From contig ML992509.1 in assembly GCA_010093995.1 (NCBI GenBank), forward strand, positions 1,139,850-1,203,849: DNA of 64,000 nt. Direction: 5' to 3'. Shown one piece after another: positions 13,445 to 27,373 of the stretch. Below the pieces are notes generated by a model that did not search any database, was not told the DNA's origin, and saw nothing but the letters and a program-made list of their open reading frames with translations. Source of the stretch: Elsinoe ampelina. Lineage: Eukaryota. The translations under genes were made by a program, and so were the position numbers. Every line of letters starts with the position of its first letter. The stretch's first letter is position 1.

Positions 13445-14033
13445 GATTGCAATTGACGACGTGAAATTGCTAAAAGGACAGGTACACTAGGTGAAAAGCG
13501 CTTGCGAGGTCGGGAGTTCTGGTAGTACAGATGTATTGATTGTTGTTGTTGTGGGAAGGGGGAAGGGCATCTGCGAGCAAGGAGAAGCTTCGGTGGAAGC
13601 TACCGACCATACAAAGGTACTACCAGCTTTAGGCCTGACAGTCCAGGCACGAGCAATGACATGGTATTATTGGAATTCTAGTGGCATTGTTATGCAGTCT
13701 ATTGTAGATTGCTACAAAGCTGTGAAAACCGGACTGTGCTCAATGGCTCCGTTTGTAGTTTTATAGGTATCGGGAGTGTCAAGGCAGGCAAAATCAGGGG
13801 TTCACATTCATGCCACCCAAGGGAACGGGTATAAAGTCGACCACGCAGTTCTCGCTCTACTGACGACTCTAACGGCAATCTCATTGCTCTCTCGTTTCAT
13901 ACCTCGATATGCTGACGCCGTATGCGCTACTTGCTATGCTGCTAGCTGCTCGTGCAAAACATGTTTCCGAACTTTTCCATCTTCGCTTTGACTCCTCATC
14001 GTTCTATCATTGGTCGTTACAAGGTATTGCCAC

Positions 14034-15723
14034 TTAATTAGGGCTCTCAATCGGGTCAAGGGTAGAGCCGGCAAGGATAGTAGCCCTATGATAGTGTCAG
14101 CTTCGGTCTGCTATGCTCCTTCGGCTTGACGTACCATCCGATCAAACGCCAATGCTTCTCAATCCTACGACTCAATGCTACCTTCTCGTTGACCTCTGTG
14201 CATGCCGGGCTGGTAAGTTGCAGACGTGCAGCATCAGCCTTGACACCGATGACCTTTGCTCCGGTGGCGGTAGATCCGATGTTGACCATAAGAATCTCGT
14301 TCTTCGAAAGCTTGGCCACCTTTGCTTGTTTGCCATCTGCTGTCTTTACACCTAGCAGACGTCTGAGCAGGAAGTAGTTGACCTCGATCTCGGTATAGAT
14401 CGAGGGGAGCTTGCCACGGAGACCGAGGACAAAACCAACCAGGCGATCTGCACGGCAAAGTGTAGGATCGACCCGCGTACCGACACCTGATCAATATTAG
14501 AAGGATATAGGCGCGACCAAAAGAAGAAGCTTACCAATCAGACCGCCGGGAACAGCAAACTTGAGATCGTTGTTCTCGGCGAATAGAGATACAATTCTGC
14601 TGAAGATGGGCCTGCATTGGATCTTGCCTTGCTCATCCTTGCTCACAATACCAGGTCTGATCTCGATCTCGTCACCCAACTTGAGCACACCAGTAAGAAT
14701 ACTACCACCTGCCACACCTCCCTTCAGCTCATCAATCTCAGCACCAGGCTTGTTTACATCGAAGGATCGAATGACGATCATGTGAGGAGTGGCGGTAAAA
14801 TCTCTGGGAGGTACGGGGATTTTCGAAACCAGATACTCGTTGACGGCGTCGATGTTGAATTTGAGCTGAGCAGAAATTGGGACAATGGGGCTGCCGTCTG
14901 CTACTGTGCCGCGGATGAATTTGAGGATAGATTCGTGATGTTGCAGGGCTGCCTCTTCCCGCATGAGATCGACCTTGTTCTGCAGAATGATGATGTGATT
15001 GAGCTTCATGATCTCAATGGCGGCCAAATGCTCAGATGTTTGAGGTTGTGGGCAGGTTTCGTTTCCGGCAATCAAGAGAAGAGCAGCGTCCATGACTGCA
15101 GCTCCTGACAACATGGTGCTAGGAAATCATTAGTGAGACGTTTGCGGCACCAGAGAGTAGTTTATCCACCTCATGAGAATATCGTGACCAGGACAATCGA
15201 CGAAAGAAACGTGTCGAAGCAGTCGGTACTTCCCCGAGCATCCATCCCTCTCGCATGGCGGGTCTACTTCCTTGTCGCTCTTGAAGCTGCGGTAGCATGT
15301 CGGGCGCGGGCATTCAGGGTTGTCACATTTGTAGATCTTCGCATTGGCATAGCCAAGCTTGATTGTAATGTTCCTCTCCAGCTCAGTCTTGAATCTGACC
15401 GTCTGTACCCCTGAAATTGCCTTGACCACCGTAGATTTTCCGTGAGCGACATGGCCAATTGTACCGATGTTGATGGTCGCTTGTCTTGAGATGATTTCTG
15501 GCGATAGGGGTGTGAGTTTGCTCATATCAATCGTCGAAGGGTCGGGCTGTTCTGGCAGCACAGGCTTTTTAATTTCAGGCACGACTGGTGCGCTCTTCTT
15601 CAGCGCTGACTTTGGCTGCTTGGTCTCAACCACCTCATTCTCTGATTCCGAATCTTGCTGAGGGTCAAGACCAGGAGATCCTGGAGGGGAGTCTTCTTCC
15701 GAGAGATTGCCGTTGCTCGCCAT
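14034..15723 (-). CDS. GCD11: Translation initiation factor eIF2 gamma subunit, multi-exon
   Basis: [61 protein letters not shown]; introns ~15119-15168, ~14488-14533 and ~14086-14133. Confidence 0.98.
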
Positions 15724-16099
15724 GATAGCGGTTTCGCGCAGCGCTTATGAGAGTTCTGGCTTCTGGTTGACTGTAGTTGTCCTTGCTTTCGATGCGTCTA
15801 ACCCTGCTTCTCGTCTTTTGTGCGATGCAGTAATACTGTACTCGGGCAAGGTCGAATATCTCAGCTTATGACTCCTTGGACTGACGCTGGCGGGGACAAA
15901 TGCGAATGCCTTGACGCACAAAATTCCGACCGACTGAGGTCGACATGACAGCCAATCATCATATTTCTTGGCGGTGCCCCGCTGCCCGACACACCGACCC
16001 CTCTGCATAGAACAGACACACCGCCTGGCAGAAATTATTCTGATATGGAATTATTCTTCGCGTTTGCTCGACATTTGGAAATAGCAGAGAGTGGCAAAC

Positions 16100-17580
16100 A
16101 TGTCGACCCAAACAGAGACTGCTGCGGCGCAACAGCCAGAAAGAACTAGTCAAGTCCGTATTCAATTAAGCACGCAAAGCCCAGAAATCGAATTACCCGA
16201 AAGCACAGGGCCAATCTTAGTATCGACTGGTGAGCATCAGGATCGGTGCTTTGGGCCGAATCATTTACTTTGCATGCAGTATATTGATACTATGCAGAAT
16301 TACGCAGATATCAGCTATCGACTCTTGTCAATCGGCTACTATCGACCACGAAGCCTGTTCCATTCGAGTTCCTCATCAATGGTCAATTCCTTCGATCATC
16401 TATCGACGACTATTTGACCGAGAATGGCATCTCTGCCGAGACGACCTTGCAAGTTGAGTATGTCAAGGCTCAGATACCGCCACAACACGTCGCTTCATTC
16501 CAGCATGACGACTGGGTATCTTCGATAGACGTGCTCTCTTCCACTCCGCAGGCAGGCCTTCTCCCAGACTCACCCCTCGACGCTTCATCATCCCGTCTCC
16601 TCTCAGCATCCTACGACGGACTGTTACGAACGTGGTCATCAGCAGGTACTTTGATCTCGACCTCGCCGCTCGCGCACACCGGTCCCATCAAGTCCGCCAG
16701 ATTCATCTCCACCGACATGATTGCCTCCTCCGGCCTCGACCGCACAGTCCGCCTCTGGAACTACCAATCCGACGCCTTCACCCCCTTCCTCGACCTTTAT
16801 AATCACACCGCCAGCGTCGATCGCCTCGCCATCCACCCAAGCAGCAACAAAATCCTCTCCGCCTCCTCCGACGCCACCCTCTCCCTCTTCTCCACCTCCC
16901 CCTCCTCCCTCCCTCCCGCACCCTCAAACCTCCTCCCCCTACCCTCCTCTAAACGCCGCAAAACCTCCCATTCCCACCGCGACGTCCCCACTCGTGGCGC
17001 CCTCTCGACCCTGAAATCCCACTCCTCCCCCGTCTCCGACGTCGCCTTCTCCCCTACAGATGCAACAGTAGCTTACTCCACATCCCACGACCACTCGCTC
17101 AAAACATGGGACCTCACCACCTCGATATGCGTCGACACCCGACCTACATCCCACGCTCTGCTCTCCGTCCTCCCACTCAAATCTTTCGGCTTGGTCGCAG
17201 CAGGCACGTCAGCGAGACACATCAGCCTCATCGACCCGCGGGCCGGGGCGCAGCGCGTCGTCGCCGGCGTGCTGAGGGGGCACACGAACGCCGTTGTAGC
17301 GCTGGCTGATAACCCTGGGAGTGAGTACGGGATTGTGTCCGCGGGACATGACGGGCAGGTGAGAGGGTGGGATGTGCGCACCGCGATGTCGGGAGCGGGG
17401 CAAGGCGGGGAGGAGGGCAAGGGAGGGGAGGCGGTGTTTGTGCTGAGTCGGGAGGGGGATGAGGTGAAGAGGAAGGTGGGTGGGGAGGGGGCGAAGGTTT
17501 TTGACGTCAAGTGGGATGCGGAGTGGGGGTTGGTGAGCGCGGGGGAGGATAAGAGGGTGCAGGTGCATAGAGAGCGGTAG
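16100..17580 (+). CDS. YTM1: Ribosome biogenesis WD40 protein Ytm1/WDR12
   Basis: N-terminal NLE/UBL-type segment (PFEFLINGQFLRSSIDDYLTENGISAETTLQVEY), HDDWVSS and WD40 repeats, AAGTSARHISLIDPR, LRGHTNAV; intron(s) from ~16230. Confidence 0.93.
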
Positions 17581-17736
17581 AGAGAAATTTAATGTTGTCT
17601 TAACTCCAGGGAATGCGCAGGGAGAAAGAAATGTGTGATCGTGATTCATCCATGCATGCTAAACGCTAACTCTCAACCCAACCGCCCACCATGTCCCTTC
17701 TCCCCACCTGCCCCAATCCTGCCAGCGTATCCCTCC

Positions 17737-20700
17737 CTACCTCCCGTACTCCAAACTAGGAATCACCACGGGTCCATACTTCACACTCCCCGCATTACCC
17801 CCATCAGCCTGCTGCACCAAAAAATCCGCCGCCAAACTCAACCTCCCACTCTGCGCCTTGCCCTCGCCATCAGGACTACCTCCAGGCCCGAAATGGCCTT
17901 GCACCACTTCCGGATCATACGCCACCATTGCGACATAGTTCCTTCTCCCCATCAGCCGCTTCATGTCCCTCGGCCGTCCGTCGGGGTCGGCGACGAAGAT
18001 CTCCATCATGTCTTCCTTTGTGTCGGTCGCGGGGCTGGGCGCAGTGGAGACGTAGCTGCTCCGCCTTCCGTTCTGGGGGATGTAGATTGGTTGCTTTGGG
18101 TTGGTATTGAGGAGGCGGAGGACCATGCCGGGAGGCGGGGCGTTGACGATCGCTGAAGAAATGAGTTGGTACATGGTCTTGTGGTCGCCGGGGTGTTGCG
18201 GATCGTGGAGGATACCGGCGCCGGCGCAGTTGACGCTGCCGGAGAGAAAGGTCATGCGGAGGGATTTGTTGTGCGCGATGCCTTGGAGGGTGCGAATGAT
18301 GTAGGTGCGTTCAAGGTCTTTGGACTCGTGGGTCCAGAGGTCGCGGAGTTCGTCGAGGACGTCGAACTCGCCAAAGGGAGAGAGCATGCCGGACATGAGA
18401 CCGGATTTGCCAACGGCTTTTTTGACAGAGTGGAAACCGTCGTTGACGACTTCTTTGGCTCCGACGATGCCTGCGACCGAGGACGTGACTTTGCCGAGCA
18501 TGTTGAACGTGCCAGTCACGGCTTTCTTGCCTTGAGTGACGGTGTTGGCGATTTGATTGGCGGAGTGAAGACGGGGATATACGAGTGGGACTGGGAACAT
18601 CCATATACAATGCTGGACCGAAGGAGGCAGGATTGCGACCTTCGGAAAGAGTCCCTGATACGTCGGACCTGCCATAACTTGGTTCATGGTGCGCTCTGAT
18701 CGAGTGTCTGGGCCGACCACAACGACAGCGGGACCGAGGTATTTGAGGAAATGCCAACCTGTTCCGGTGATGGTGAAGAGGTCAAGGTCGTTCGATACGT
18801 TGCGAAGAATCTCGTGTGTCGTGTGATGTTGGAAGAGCAAGTACATTTCTGTACCGATGCGACCAATGTTCTTGAACATGTGGGATTGTTGCATGTAGTC
18901 AGGGTAGGAGCCGTAGCCATCAAAGCTGATATAGATTAGTATAAAATCAGTATGATGACATACCAAACTTACATATCATGATCGTCAAGCGTTAATATAT
19001 GGGGTATCTGTGCAAAAGCCTCTCGCAGATGAGGCTGATCAAAATGACTGGTGTAAAAATGGAAAAAGGCATGGATGACATCTTCCTCATGCTTGGGCGT
19101 CCAAGGAGCGTTCTTGCGATTCTCCTTGCCACTCAAAGTCGTCCACTGTTTCAGCATGGCGACATCTGACCACAGTCGATCAGCGTATATTTGACCTCCC
19201 AGACCTAGTTGGGCGTGGAATCCCCCACACTCTTGGTGCTTCTGGAGGACGTCTTTCCACATTAAGCTGACACCGCCGACCTTGGTCCTCTCGGCAGCAC
19301 TGACACTAAGAGCAAAATCGTTGCCAGAGTGGGTGATGAAGCGCCAGTTGGTTTCGTGACGGCCGGCAACCAAGAACTCGTAGCGTGTGCAACCCATATG
19401 AGAGGTGATCGCGTAGGTCCACTTGGCGGCGTGCTCCTCCATTAGTAAGTCGATGTCATATCTATAGAAGAGGAATTTCTTGTGGCTGTAAATGGGGTTT
19501 GCTTTGAGTTGCCTCGGGTTTGGCGAAAGGTCTGTACTCTGGTGGATGTGGACAGTGGGTGGCTGAGGCGCCTCGGAAATTATGAGAATCGACCCTAGCC
19601 ATAAGCTACGTTCGAGATCGACGTTCGTGTATCTGAGATACGGGCCAAAGTAAACGCCGTTGCTCGCTTGTATCTTATAGAGGTCGACACCGGCTGATGG
19701 TGGAGGACCAGTGAACACACTGGCGGTCGGACTTGCGACGCCTGCAAGACTGTCTTGATAAGGTCGGTGATGCTGTGGAAAAGCCGAATTGGGATATGCT
19801 GAGCCTGGATAGGCTGATTGCGGATAGGCAGGTGAAGCAAGAGGCTTGCCAGGAAAATGCGAGTAGGCCGGAGATGCAAGTGTCTGTGCATATCCTGCAG
19901 CAGGTGACATTGGCTCCTGCATGGCCAAGGGGAGGGCTCCTTTTGGAAACTCCCACTGGGTAGATTGCGTTGCCAAGTGGATGTAGTAGTACTGACCAGA
20001 GTTCGGATCGACATGTGCAAGCCATCCTTCCGGTAGCGGCGGCGGTGATGATGCCGAGGGACCAGCGACCTGTGACTGACCAACGTTGACTGGTGCGAGA
20101 CCTGCCGCTGCTGGGTGTGATGGTGTCAACGCATTCTGGTCGTTGGAATATGCGGGATGGGTGGTTTGGCGAGGTGGTTCTTGTGCCTGCCCCGCAGCCT
20201 GTGCTTGAGCCCGAGCCTGGGCTTGGGCATGAGCTTGCGCCTGAGCTTGCGAGATTGGTATGGCTTGTCCAGCTACAGAAGGTTGCTGTCTCTTCTCATC
20301 TGGATACCCCTGTGCCGTTGTCGCACCGGCTGCCTGGTATGGACCTGCAGTGTATGGAGGAGGCTCATCTGTAATGTTCAAACCCTGCATGGCTTGGCCC
20401 GACAGCACTTGTTGGTGAGCTGGACTCGTCGACTGCGGCTGATGTCCAATCGTTGCCGTCTGCTGGGGAGAGTACTGCCCGATTGGGGGAGGTTGCGGCG
20501 AATGAGATTGCTGAGGCATGTGCTGCTGAGGTGGAGTATATAAAGCTTGTGGAGGATACATCTGCGGCTGTGGAGTCGTCTGACTTGGTCTTGCCGCGGC
20601 CGTGTAGGGACTAGCTCCTTGAGCTGCAGCACCAGTCTGTGCGTATATGCTCGAAGTGGTTGGCGGAGAAGCTCCTGGTAGACGACCTGTTGCTGGGACA

Positions 20701-21263
20701 CCGTCAACAGGAGTCTCGGGAGGTGGCGGAGAGCCTCGCTCGGCTCTAGTTGTGTAGGTAGATGCGTTCGTGGTCATTCGGTTGACACCATGTGGGTCCG
20801 GCGCGCTAAGCTGGCTCGCAGTGGTATCTACCGGTCTAGGCAAATAATCTGCGGGTGTAGGTATGGCAGTCCCTCCAGCTCCTGGCCCAGAGGTTGGATA
20901 TGCAGGTCCTCTCTCATCTTTTAAAGGTGTGTCAGGACCTGGCGAGTCCGGCAACGGCTTTGGTGTACCACCACTCCTACCGCCTGAAGCTGCATATCCT
21001 GAGACGGAAGGTCTGTTGGGATCATCTGCACTGAATCTCTTCCTGCCCGAGCTCGAGTTCGAGCCAGGCGTAGTTGTCCGGACGGCGCCTGCAGACTGAT
21101 CTGGCGGTCCTTGTATGAAGGCAGATTGCGATTGAGGTGCAGGAGAGTTGGCTTTGCTTATGCGCAACGGGCCGACAGTCGGTGAATCAGGCGCATCGCC
21201 AGCGATTGGTGGGGGAGGATAGTAATTGTCGTGAGGACGACCGCCGTACCTGTCGCTGTCCAT
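17737..21263 (-). CDS. Pro/Gln-rich WW-domain protein with PhoD-like phosphatase domain, 2 exons
   Basis: WW domain LPEGWLAHVDPNSGQYYYIHLATQSTQWEFP. C-terminal half has GGQIYAD, DDHD|I..DGYGSYP (split by an intron ~18930-18973), DTRSER and RMTFLSG. Several metal ligands look degenerate. Confidence 0.8.
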
Positions 21264-22880
21264 GTTTCAGGATGTATAGACAGTACGGGCGGCTAGTGTT
21301 GCTGGGTCTGCCAGCGCAAACAGACTCGCGGTGAGGTTGAAAGTGAGTTTCTATGAAACGAGGCAGAAATGCCCCGCGCCAGCTGCCGGAGTGTTTGGAG
21401 ATGTTTCGAATGCTTCGGAGATGTATTTTCGTCGAGAACTGTGCGACCTTTTGATCTTCGTTCTACAGCGCACACAGTCGTCCGTCTGTCCACGTAACTG
21501 TTCTGTGCGCTAACAGACGAGAGCGCGGTCGCTGGTTGGGTCTGGTGGCAGGCAGCGCGATGCTTGAAGATGCCGTAAGCGCCCAAATGACATGGCTGCC
21601 GGGCGTCTAGGGCCTGTGATTGGTCAGGGCATTAGTTTGGGCAGCTTGGAAGGGTCAAAAGGCCCATTCGCTGCGCCGCAGCATTTGAACCAGATCCAAT
21701 CGAAAGCTGGCGTTTACCACTGAGATTCAATAGACATGCTATAGCGAAGAAGCGCTCGTGCAAGCGTGCGGCGCAAGACAATGTGCGCTTCTTCCATCAC
21801 ATCTACTCTCCTTTCTGTCGCTCGGAGGAGAGATGCGGCGCCAACGAAGCTAGGCTGCATTGGGGAGGATGGTGGGGTCTAAATTTGTAGCACCTTGCGC
21901 AGACGAGAAAGTCACCATGCTGCTTAAACCACAAGTCCCGTCGAATTCGTCCTGGGCGTAGCAGCAGGCGACAAGAGCGTACATTGTTGTATTGATTGTA
22001 CGCCATAACCGCGCAAACTCACCAGGTCCACAAATGTCGAATTCGTTGCCAGTGAACGGCAACGTCGTGGAACATCACAAGTGGCCGCGACGCCACATGC
22101 TGTAAACCAACGGCGCAGATGTTGGAAGACTTTACAAGACCATCGAGAATACCATGGGGACCGGCTGATCGTGGAGCTGTTTGCTCGGAAGACACTTCGC
22201 ACTACCGTCCCTGACCGACCTTGAATTGTGTTTACGTGCAGCAACGATGCCCTGCTTTGGACTGTGCACAGCCATATTGATTAACCACGCCGACCAATGC
22301 TCGGGTATGCAAATTGCACAAGGGGACAAAGGAATGCGGCCACTTACAGCAATCAGGGAACAGCAGGGATCCCACGCTCGCACGAGGGACACGACAGGCA
22401 TTAACGATGGGCAGATTGCACATGATCTTCCAACTGCCTGAACATCAATAATCTATTGAGAGACCGTATGCACAGCATGCTTGGTCGAAATGCTCGTTCT
22501 GATGTGCGGGAGATCGGCGACCATCGTGACGTATTAATGAGCGCATCGGCCAAGGATGAGATGCAGCGAGATGCAGCAAGATGCGCTCTTGTCCATTCTT
22601 GGTCTTCAATCCACTGGACCACCGACAACATGCGTTACCAAGCAATCTGTTTAGATGGCCGATTCCACTCGATTGTGCAAGGTAAGAGCGAGTCTATGAT
22701 TGAAGCCAAGATGTTTTTATCGACACCGCCCGAACGGCGCAGTCGGATTCTACTCAGCTCGGACAGGTTATAACCACAGGGGCATTCTGTTCAGGTAATA
22801 TGATCAACCAAACAGTGGCTTCTCTCATTTCTCTTTGACATTGAGCTTCAACAGCGAGCCTTAATCACGATCCTGCAGTC

Positions 22881-24184
22881 ATGTTACTCTCTACCTCGTC
22901 AGTACTGCTCTTTGCTGGCCTTGGTGCCGCTCAGAATGCTCTCGTCGACTTCATCACCTCTCAGCCTGACCTGAGCTTCCTCGCCGATGTTCTCACGATT
23001 GTCCCAGAGCTGGTGACTACCCTTGGTAGCGCAAATAACATCACCATCTTCGCGCCGACCAACACCGCCTTCGAGGCTATTCCTCCCGACACTGCTGAGG
23101 GTCTTGCCATCTCAACAAGAGATCCCAACGGTACTTCAACTCTGCTCAACTACCATGTGCTTCGTGGGGGCTTTCCGTCCTCTGCGTTCACCGAGACTCC
23201 TCTCTACTACCCGACCCTCTTCGACAACCGCTCCATCATCTTCGATACTGCCCGTACCAACGTCACTGGTGGCCAGAATGTTGGTCTGTTCAGGAACGGA
23301 ACGCAGTTTCAAGTGATTAGTGGAGAGCTCCAGACAAGCAATGTGATCGAGGCTGTAAGTTCAAGAGCATGAAGCAGTAACATACCGACTGACAGCAACA
23401 CCAGGATTTGACTCTCGGAAGCGTCACCGTGCACAAGATTGACGAGGTACTCACCATTCCTCTCAATGCTTCCGACACAGCTGAGCGTCTCAATGCTACC
23501 GCCGCGCTTGGGGCTTTGACCCTCACTGGTCTTGCCGATTCTCTTGACATTGTCCCTGACCTCACCCTCTTCATCCCCGTCAACGAGGCTTTTCAGGCTG
23601 CGGCTTCTGCATTCGAAGGCGCCAGTGTTGAGACCCTCAGAGACGTCCTTCAGTACCATGCTATTACCGGCAACGTCATCTTCAGCTCGGAGATCACCAA
23701 CACCACTGCTCAGGCGAGCAACGGTGGCACTCTGACCTTTTCCGTCATCGACGATGAGATCTATGTCAACACGGCGAGGGTTCTAATTCCCAATGTCCTG
23801 TTGTCCGATGGTGTCGCCCACGTGATCGACACTGTGCTCAATCCGGCGAACACCAACGTCGACAGAGAAGAGCTTAATGATGATGACACTCCCACACCGG
23901 CCTTTTCAGGTGCCAGCCCAACTGGCGGTGTGCCTTTCACCTCGGCTGTACCAGCAGCCACTACTCTCAACACCGTTCCACCTCTCGCAACAACTGCCAG
24001 CGCCGTCAATTCGACACTTACAGCGTCCGGCACCGGAGTCGGAGGTGCTACCAGGGGTTCATCTGGGACTTCTTCAGCTCCTATTTCATCCTTCACCGGC
24101 GCAGCCGCCATGCCGACGATGGTCGGCGGTGGTGCTCTGTTCGCTGGTGTCGCTCTTGCCGGCGCGTGGGAGCTGGGTTTCTAA
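22881..24184 (+). CDS. Secreted fasciclin (two FAS1 domains), likely GPI-anchored
   Basis: Signal peptide; ITIFAPTNTAF, LLNYHVL, VHKIDEVL, LTLFIPVNEAF, LQYHAI, GVAHVIDTVL; S/T-rich tail and hydrophobic C-terminus; intron from ~23355. Confidence 0.92.
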
Positions 24185-24594
24185 TTAAGACGTTCAAGGC
24201 TTGGAAAGACTTGAGCATGATCGAGAAATAATCTTAATATTGCATGAGTTATGGCAGTGCGAAGCAGCGCCACGGATGGGGAAAAAGCCTTTTCACGGCT
24301 GGGACCTTTAGCGACCTCTTGTGAGGTCTACATTCGACAGCATATCGTACAATGAAATGTTTCTTTCCGCGAATGTTGAAACTAGGGTATGGACCAAGGC
24401 GGCCAAAAATAGGGGTCCGAGTGGGGCTTTTTCGGATGTGAAAGTCAAAAGCCGAACAGCTGTCATCGTGTCTTCTTCACAGCTCAAAGCCTGAACGCGC
24501 AAGGCAGTCAATCATAACTTTGCGCGAGGCTGCTTCTCTCCTTTATATCTTCCTCCATTCCTCCCAGACAGCTTGATTGCTTGTCTCCCTCATC

Positions 24595-26011
24595 ATGGAC
24601 TTCCTTCGCCGCTTGGCCGGCTTCCTCGACCGACCCGGCTTTCCATGGAAGTCTCTCATCATCACTTTCAGCATTGGCGAATACCTTCTGGAAAACTATC
24701 TCGCTTACCGACAATACCGTGTCCTCCAAGGCAAGAAAGTCCCCAAGCAGCTGGAAAACGAGGTCGATCAAAAGACCTTTGACAAGAGTCAGGATTATGG
24801 ACGCGCAAAAGCAAAGTACGGTTTCATCTCCGGCTTGATCAACCAGATCAAGTCGCTGGCTATCATCCACTACGACGTCTACCCGAAATTCTGGGCCATC
24901 ACTGGTGTCATCGCTACTCCATTCCTGCCTGCGCGGTTCCAAGGCGAGATCGCACACTCCCTTGTCTTCGTCTTTGCTTCGTCTTTCCTGGAAACAATCA
25001 TTGGCCTGCCGCTCTCGTACTACTACCACTTTGTGCTTGAAGAAAAGTATGGCTTCAACAAGCAGACGATTAAGCTATGGGTCACGGATATGCTCAAAGG
25101 ACAAGCTCTCGCAATCGCATTTGGCGTTCCGCTTGGTTGGGGCTTCCTAAAGATAATCCAAAAGACAGGCGATCAGTTCTTCTACTACCTTTGGATGTTT
25201 GCTCTCGCCGTGCAGCTCTTTGCTATCACCATCTACCCGATCGCTATCGTACCCCTTTTCAACAAGCTCGAGCCTCTCAAGCCTGGCCCACTCAAGGAAG
25301 CTGTCGAGGCTCTTGCCGATCGACTCAAGTTTCCCCTTTCCGAGCTTCAAGTCATCGATGGCAGCAAGCGTAGCGCTCACAGCAATGCTTACTTCACTGG
25401 TCTACCATGGAAGAAGAAGATTGTCATCTACGACACTCTGCTTGAGAAGTCTTCGGACAAGGAGGTTGAGGCTATCCTGGCACACGAGCTCGGTCACTGG
25501 AAGAGGGGACACACTACGAGACTGCTTGCCATCTCTCAATTCCACCTCTTCTTCATGTTCACACTCTTCTCGGTCTTCATCCGCAATCAGTCCCTGTACC
25601 ACGCTTTTGGCTTCCACAAAGAGCAGCCTATCATGATAGGTTTCCTGCTGTTCAACGAGGTTCTGTCGCCGACGGATGCTTTGGTCAAGCTCGGCATGAA
25701 CATCATGACCCGCAGTATGGAATTTGAAGCTGGTAAGCTTGCCCCCTGACCGTTTTCGAGATCTCCATTAACATTTGTCAGACGAATTCTCGTTCAAGCT
25801 CGGCTATGCCAACGAGCTCGCCAGCTCCCTCATCAAGCTTCAAATCCAGAACCTGTCAAGCATGGACGCAGACTGGATGTATTCCAGCTTCCACTACTCG
25901 CATCCCATCCTGACAGAACGATTAAAAGCCATTGGCTGGGTCAGCAAGGAGAAGGTCGGAGACAAGAAGGTGACCTCAAATGGCCAGGCGGGAGCAAAGT
26001 CTGAATTGTAG
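24595..26011 (+). CDS. STE24: CAAX prenyl protease 1 (peptidase M48A)
   Basis: Multiple TM helices; DGSKRSAHSNAYFTG, AILAHELGHW (HExxH), EFEA|DEF, HYSHPILTERL; intron ~25733-25781. Confidence 0.97.
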
Positions 26012-26103
26012 TATAAGCAGATAGCGTTCGGTCGGGTATCAATGCATCTATGCCTGCCACGAATCACCGTCAAATACTACCAGGATATCGATTCTTCCCA
26101 TAT

Positions 26104-27051
26104 CTATTCCGAATCCAAGTCCATCTCCTCCCTCTTCACCCTCTTCATCCCATGATTCGCCCTCTGCGCATCCTTCACCCTCCGCTTCTTCTCCGCCTTC
26201 CTCCTCTCCCTCTGTTCCTTCGTCAATGGCTTCCTCTCTCCTCCCTCCTCCTCATCCCCCTCCTCACGCTTCACCCTCACCTGCCCCCCTCTCCCCTCCT
26301 CCGTCTCCCTCACCACCGGCTCCACCCCTCCCTCCTTGACCACAGGCATACTCCTCTCCCCCACCTCCCCCTCCACCACCTCCTGCTCCCCCTGCCAAGC
26401 CTCCAAATCCATCCAGCTCTTATCCGGCTTCTCATCCTCCTCGTCCTCATCGTGTCCATCCCTCTCAAGCTTCACCGAACTCCCCCTCCTCTCATCCCGC
26501 CTCTTCAACGCGTGTTGGGAGACACTCTCCTGACTACCCCCTGCCCCTACATCTCCCGCGTCTCCATCGTCAAGTTTCCGCTTCTTCAGCACCCCTCTCA
26601 CCGGCGTGCCATCTGATCTCGCTAGCCCTCGTGAGGCGCTGGGGCCGATACCACTTAGTCCCACGCCCTCTCGTAGCCGTCGGCGCAGCACGTCGCCGTC
26701 GAAAACGAAACTATCTTCTTGTTGTCCGTACCCTTGGTCTTCGTGGGCGTTGCTCCCGTCTTTCCTTGCCAACAATTCCAAAGTCAAAAGGTCGTCGGGG
26801 GAGAGGGAGAGATTCTCCCCTTTTAAGCCGGCGAGGACGCGGCGTAGGTTTGTGATTTGCAGGTTGCCGTTCGGGCCGGAGGAGGGGTGGAAGTTGACGC
26901 CGGCGGGTGTGAGGAGGGCGTCTGGGTGGTGGTGTGGGGTTGTGCGGAGGGAGGAGAGGTAGGATTCCAGGCGGGAGAGGGCCAGAGAAGGGGCGATGGG
27001 GAGGGTGCGGTGGGTGTGGACCGGTGGGTGGGAGGGGAGGAGGGAGGTCAT
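26104..27051 (-). CDS. Conserved fungal protein, RNA polymerase I subunit A14-like, with charged C-terminus
   Basis: 315-aa ORF; N-terminal LESYL...HHHPDALLTPAG...ITNLRRVLAGLKGENL resembles filamentous-fungal RPA14-family proteins (from memory); K/R/E-rich tail with NLS-like motifs. Confidence 0.55.
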   Translation of the reverse strand: MTSLLPSHPPVHTHRTLPIAPSLALSRLESYLSSLRTTPHHHPDALLTPAGVNFHPSSGPNGNLQITNLRRVLAGLKGENLSLSPDDLLTLELLARKDGSNAHEDQGYGQQEDSFVFDGDVLRRRLREGVGLSGIGPSASRGLARSDGTPVRGVLKKRKLDDGDAGDVGAGGSQESVSQHALKRRDERRGSSVKLERDGHDEDEEDEKPDKSWMDLEAWQGEQEVVEGEVGERSMPVVKEGGVEPVVRETEEGRGGQVRVKREEGDEEEGGERKPLTKEQRERRKAEKKRRVKDAQRANHGMKRVKREEMDLDSE

Positions 27052-27373
27052 GGTTGGTTCTCAGGACTGGGTCAAGCGGGGATTTGGCCAGGTCGGAGAG
27101 GGAGAGATGAAGAGCCTAGCTGAGAGGGAAGGACCAGGACTCATGCCAGTGTATCAGGGCGCAGGAGGGTCGTAGTGAGCGGACTGGTGTTGCAATGCAG
27201 TGATCGAAGAGTAGCAATCACCGCGGGCTCGCATCCAAAAATTTTGAGCTCGGGCCACGCGTTCGTCGATCTTCTCGATATCTGCATGTCGGACCTCACA
27301 TGCACTCATTCAGCTCCAACTACGACTCAATCACGTCCAGACGCTCATCCCAGCATCGTATCGGCAGCTCAAG

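Noticed and set aside
21600..22800. Cluster of 60-106 aa ORFs between the WW/PhoD and fasciclin genes
   Set aside because: They have no motifs or splice-consistent model; this is most simply a divergent promoter region.
26050..26616. 188-aa Leu/Pro/His-rich ORF and similar antisense ORFs over YTM1 and the INP5-phosphatase
   Set aside because: These are shadows of C-rich antisense strands of real genes.
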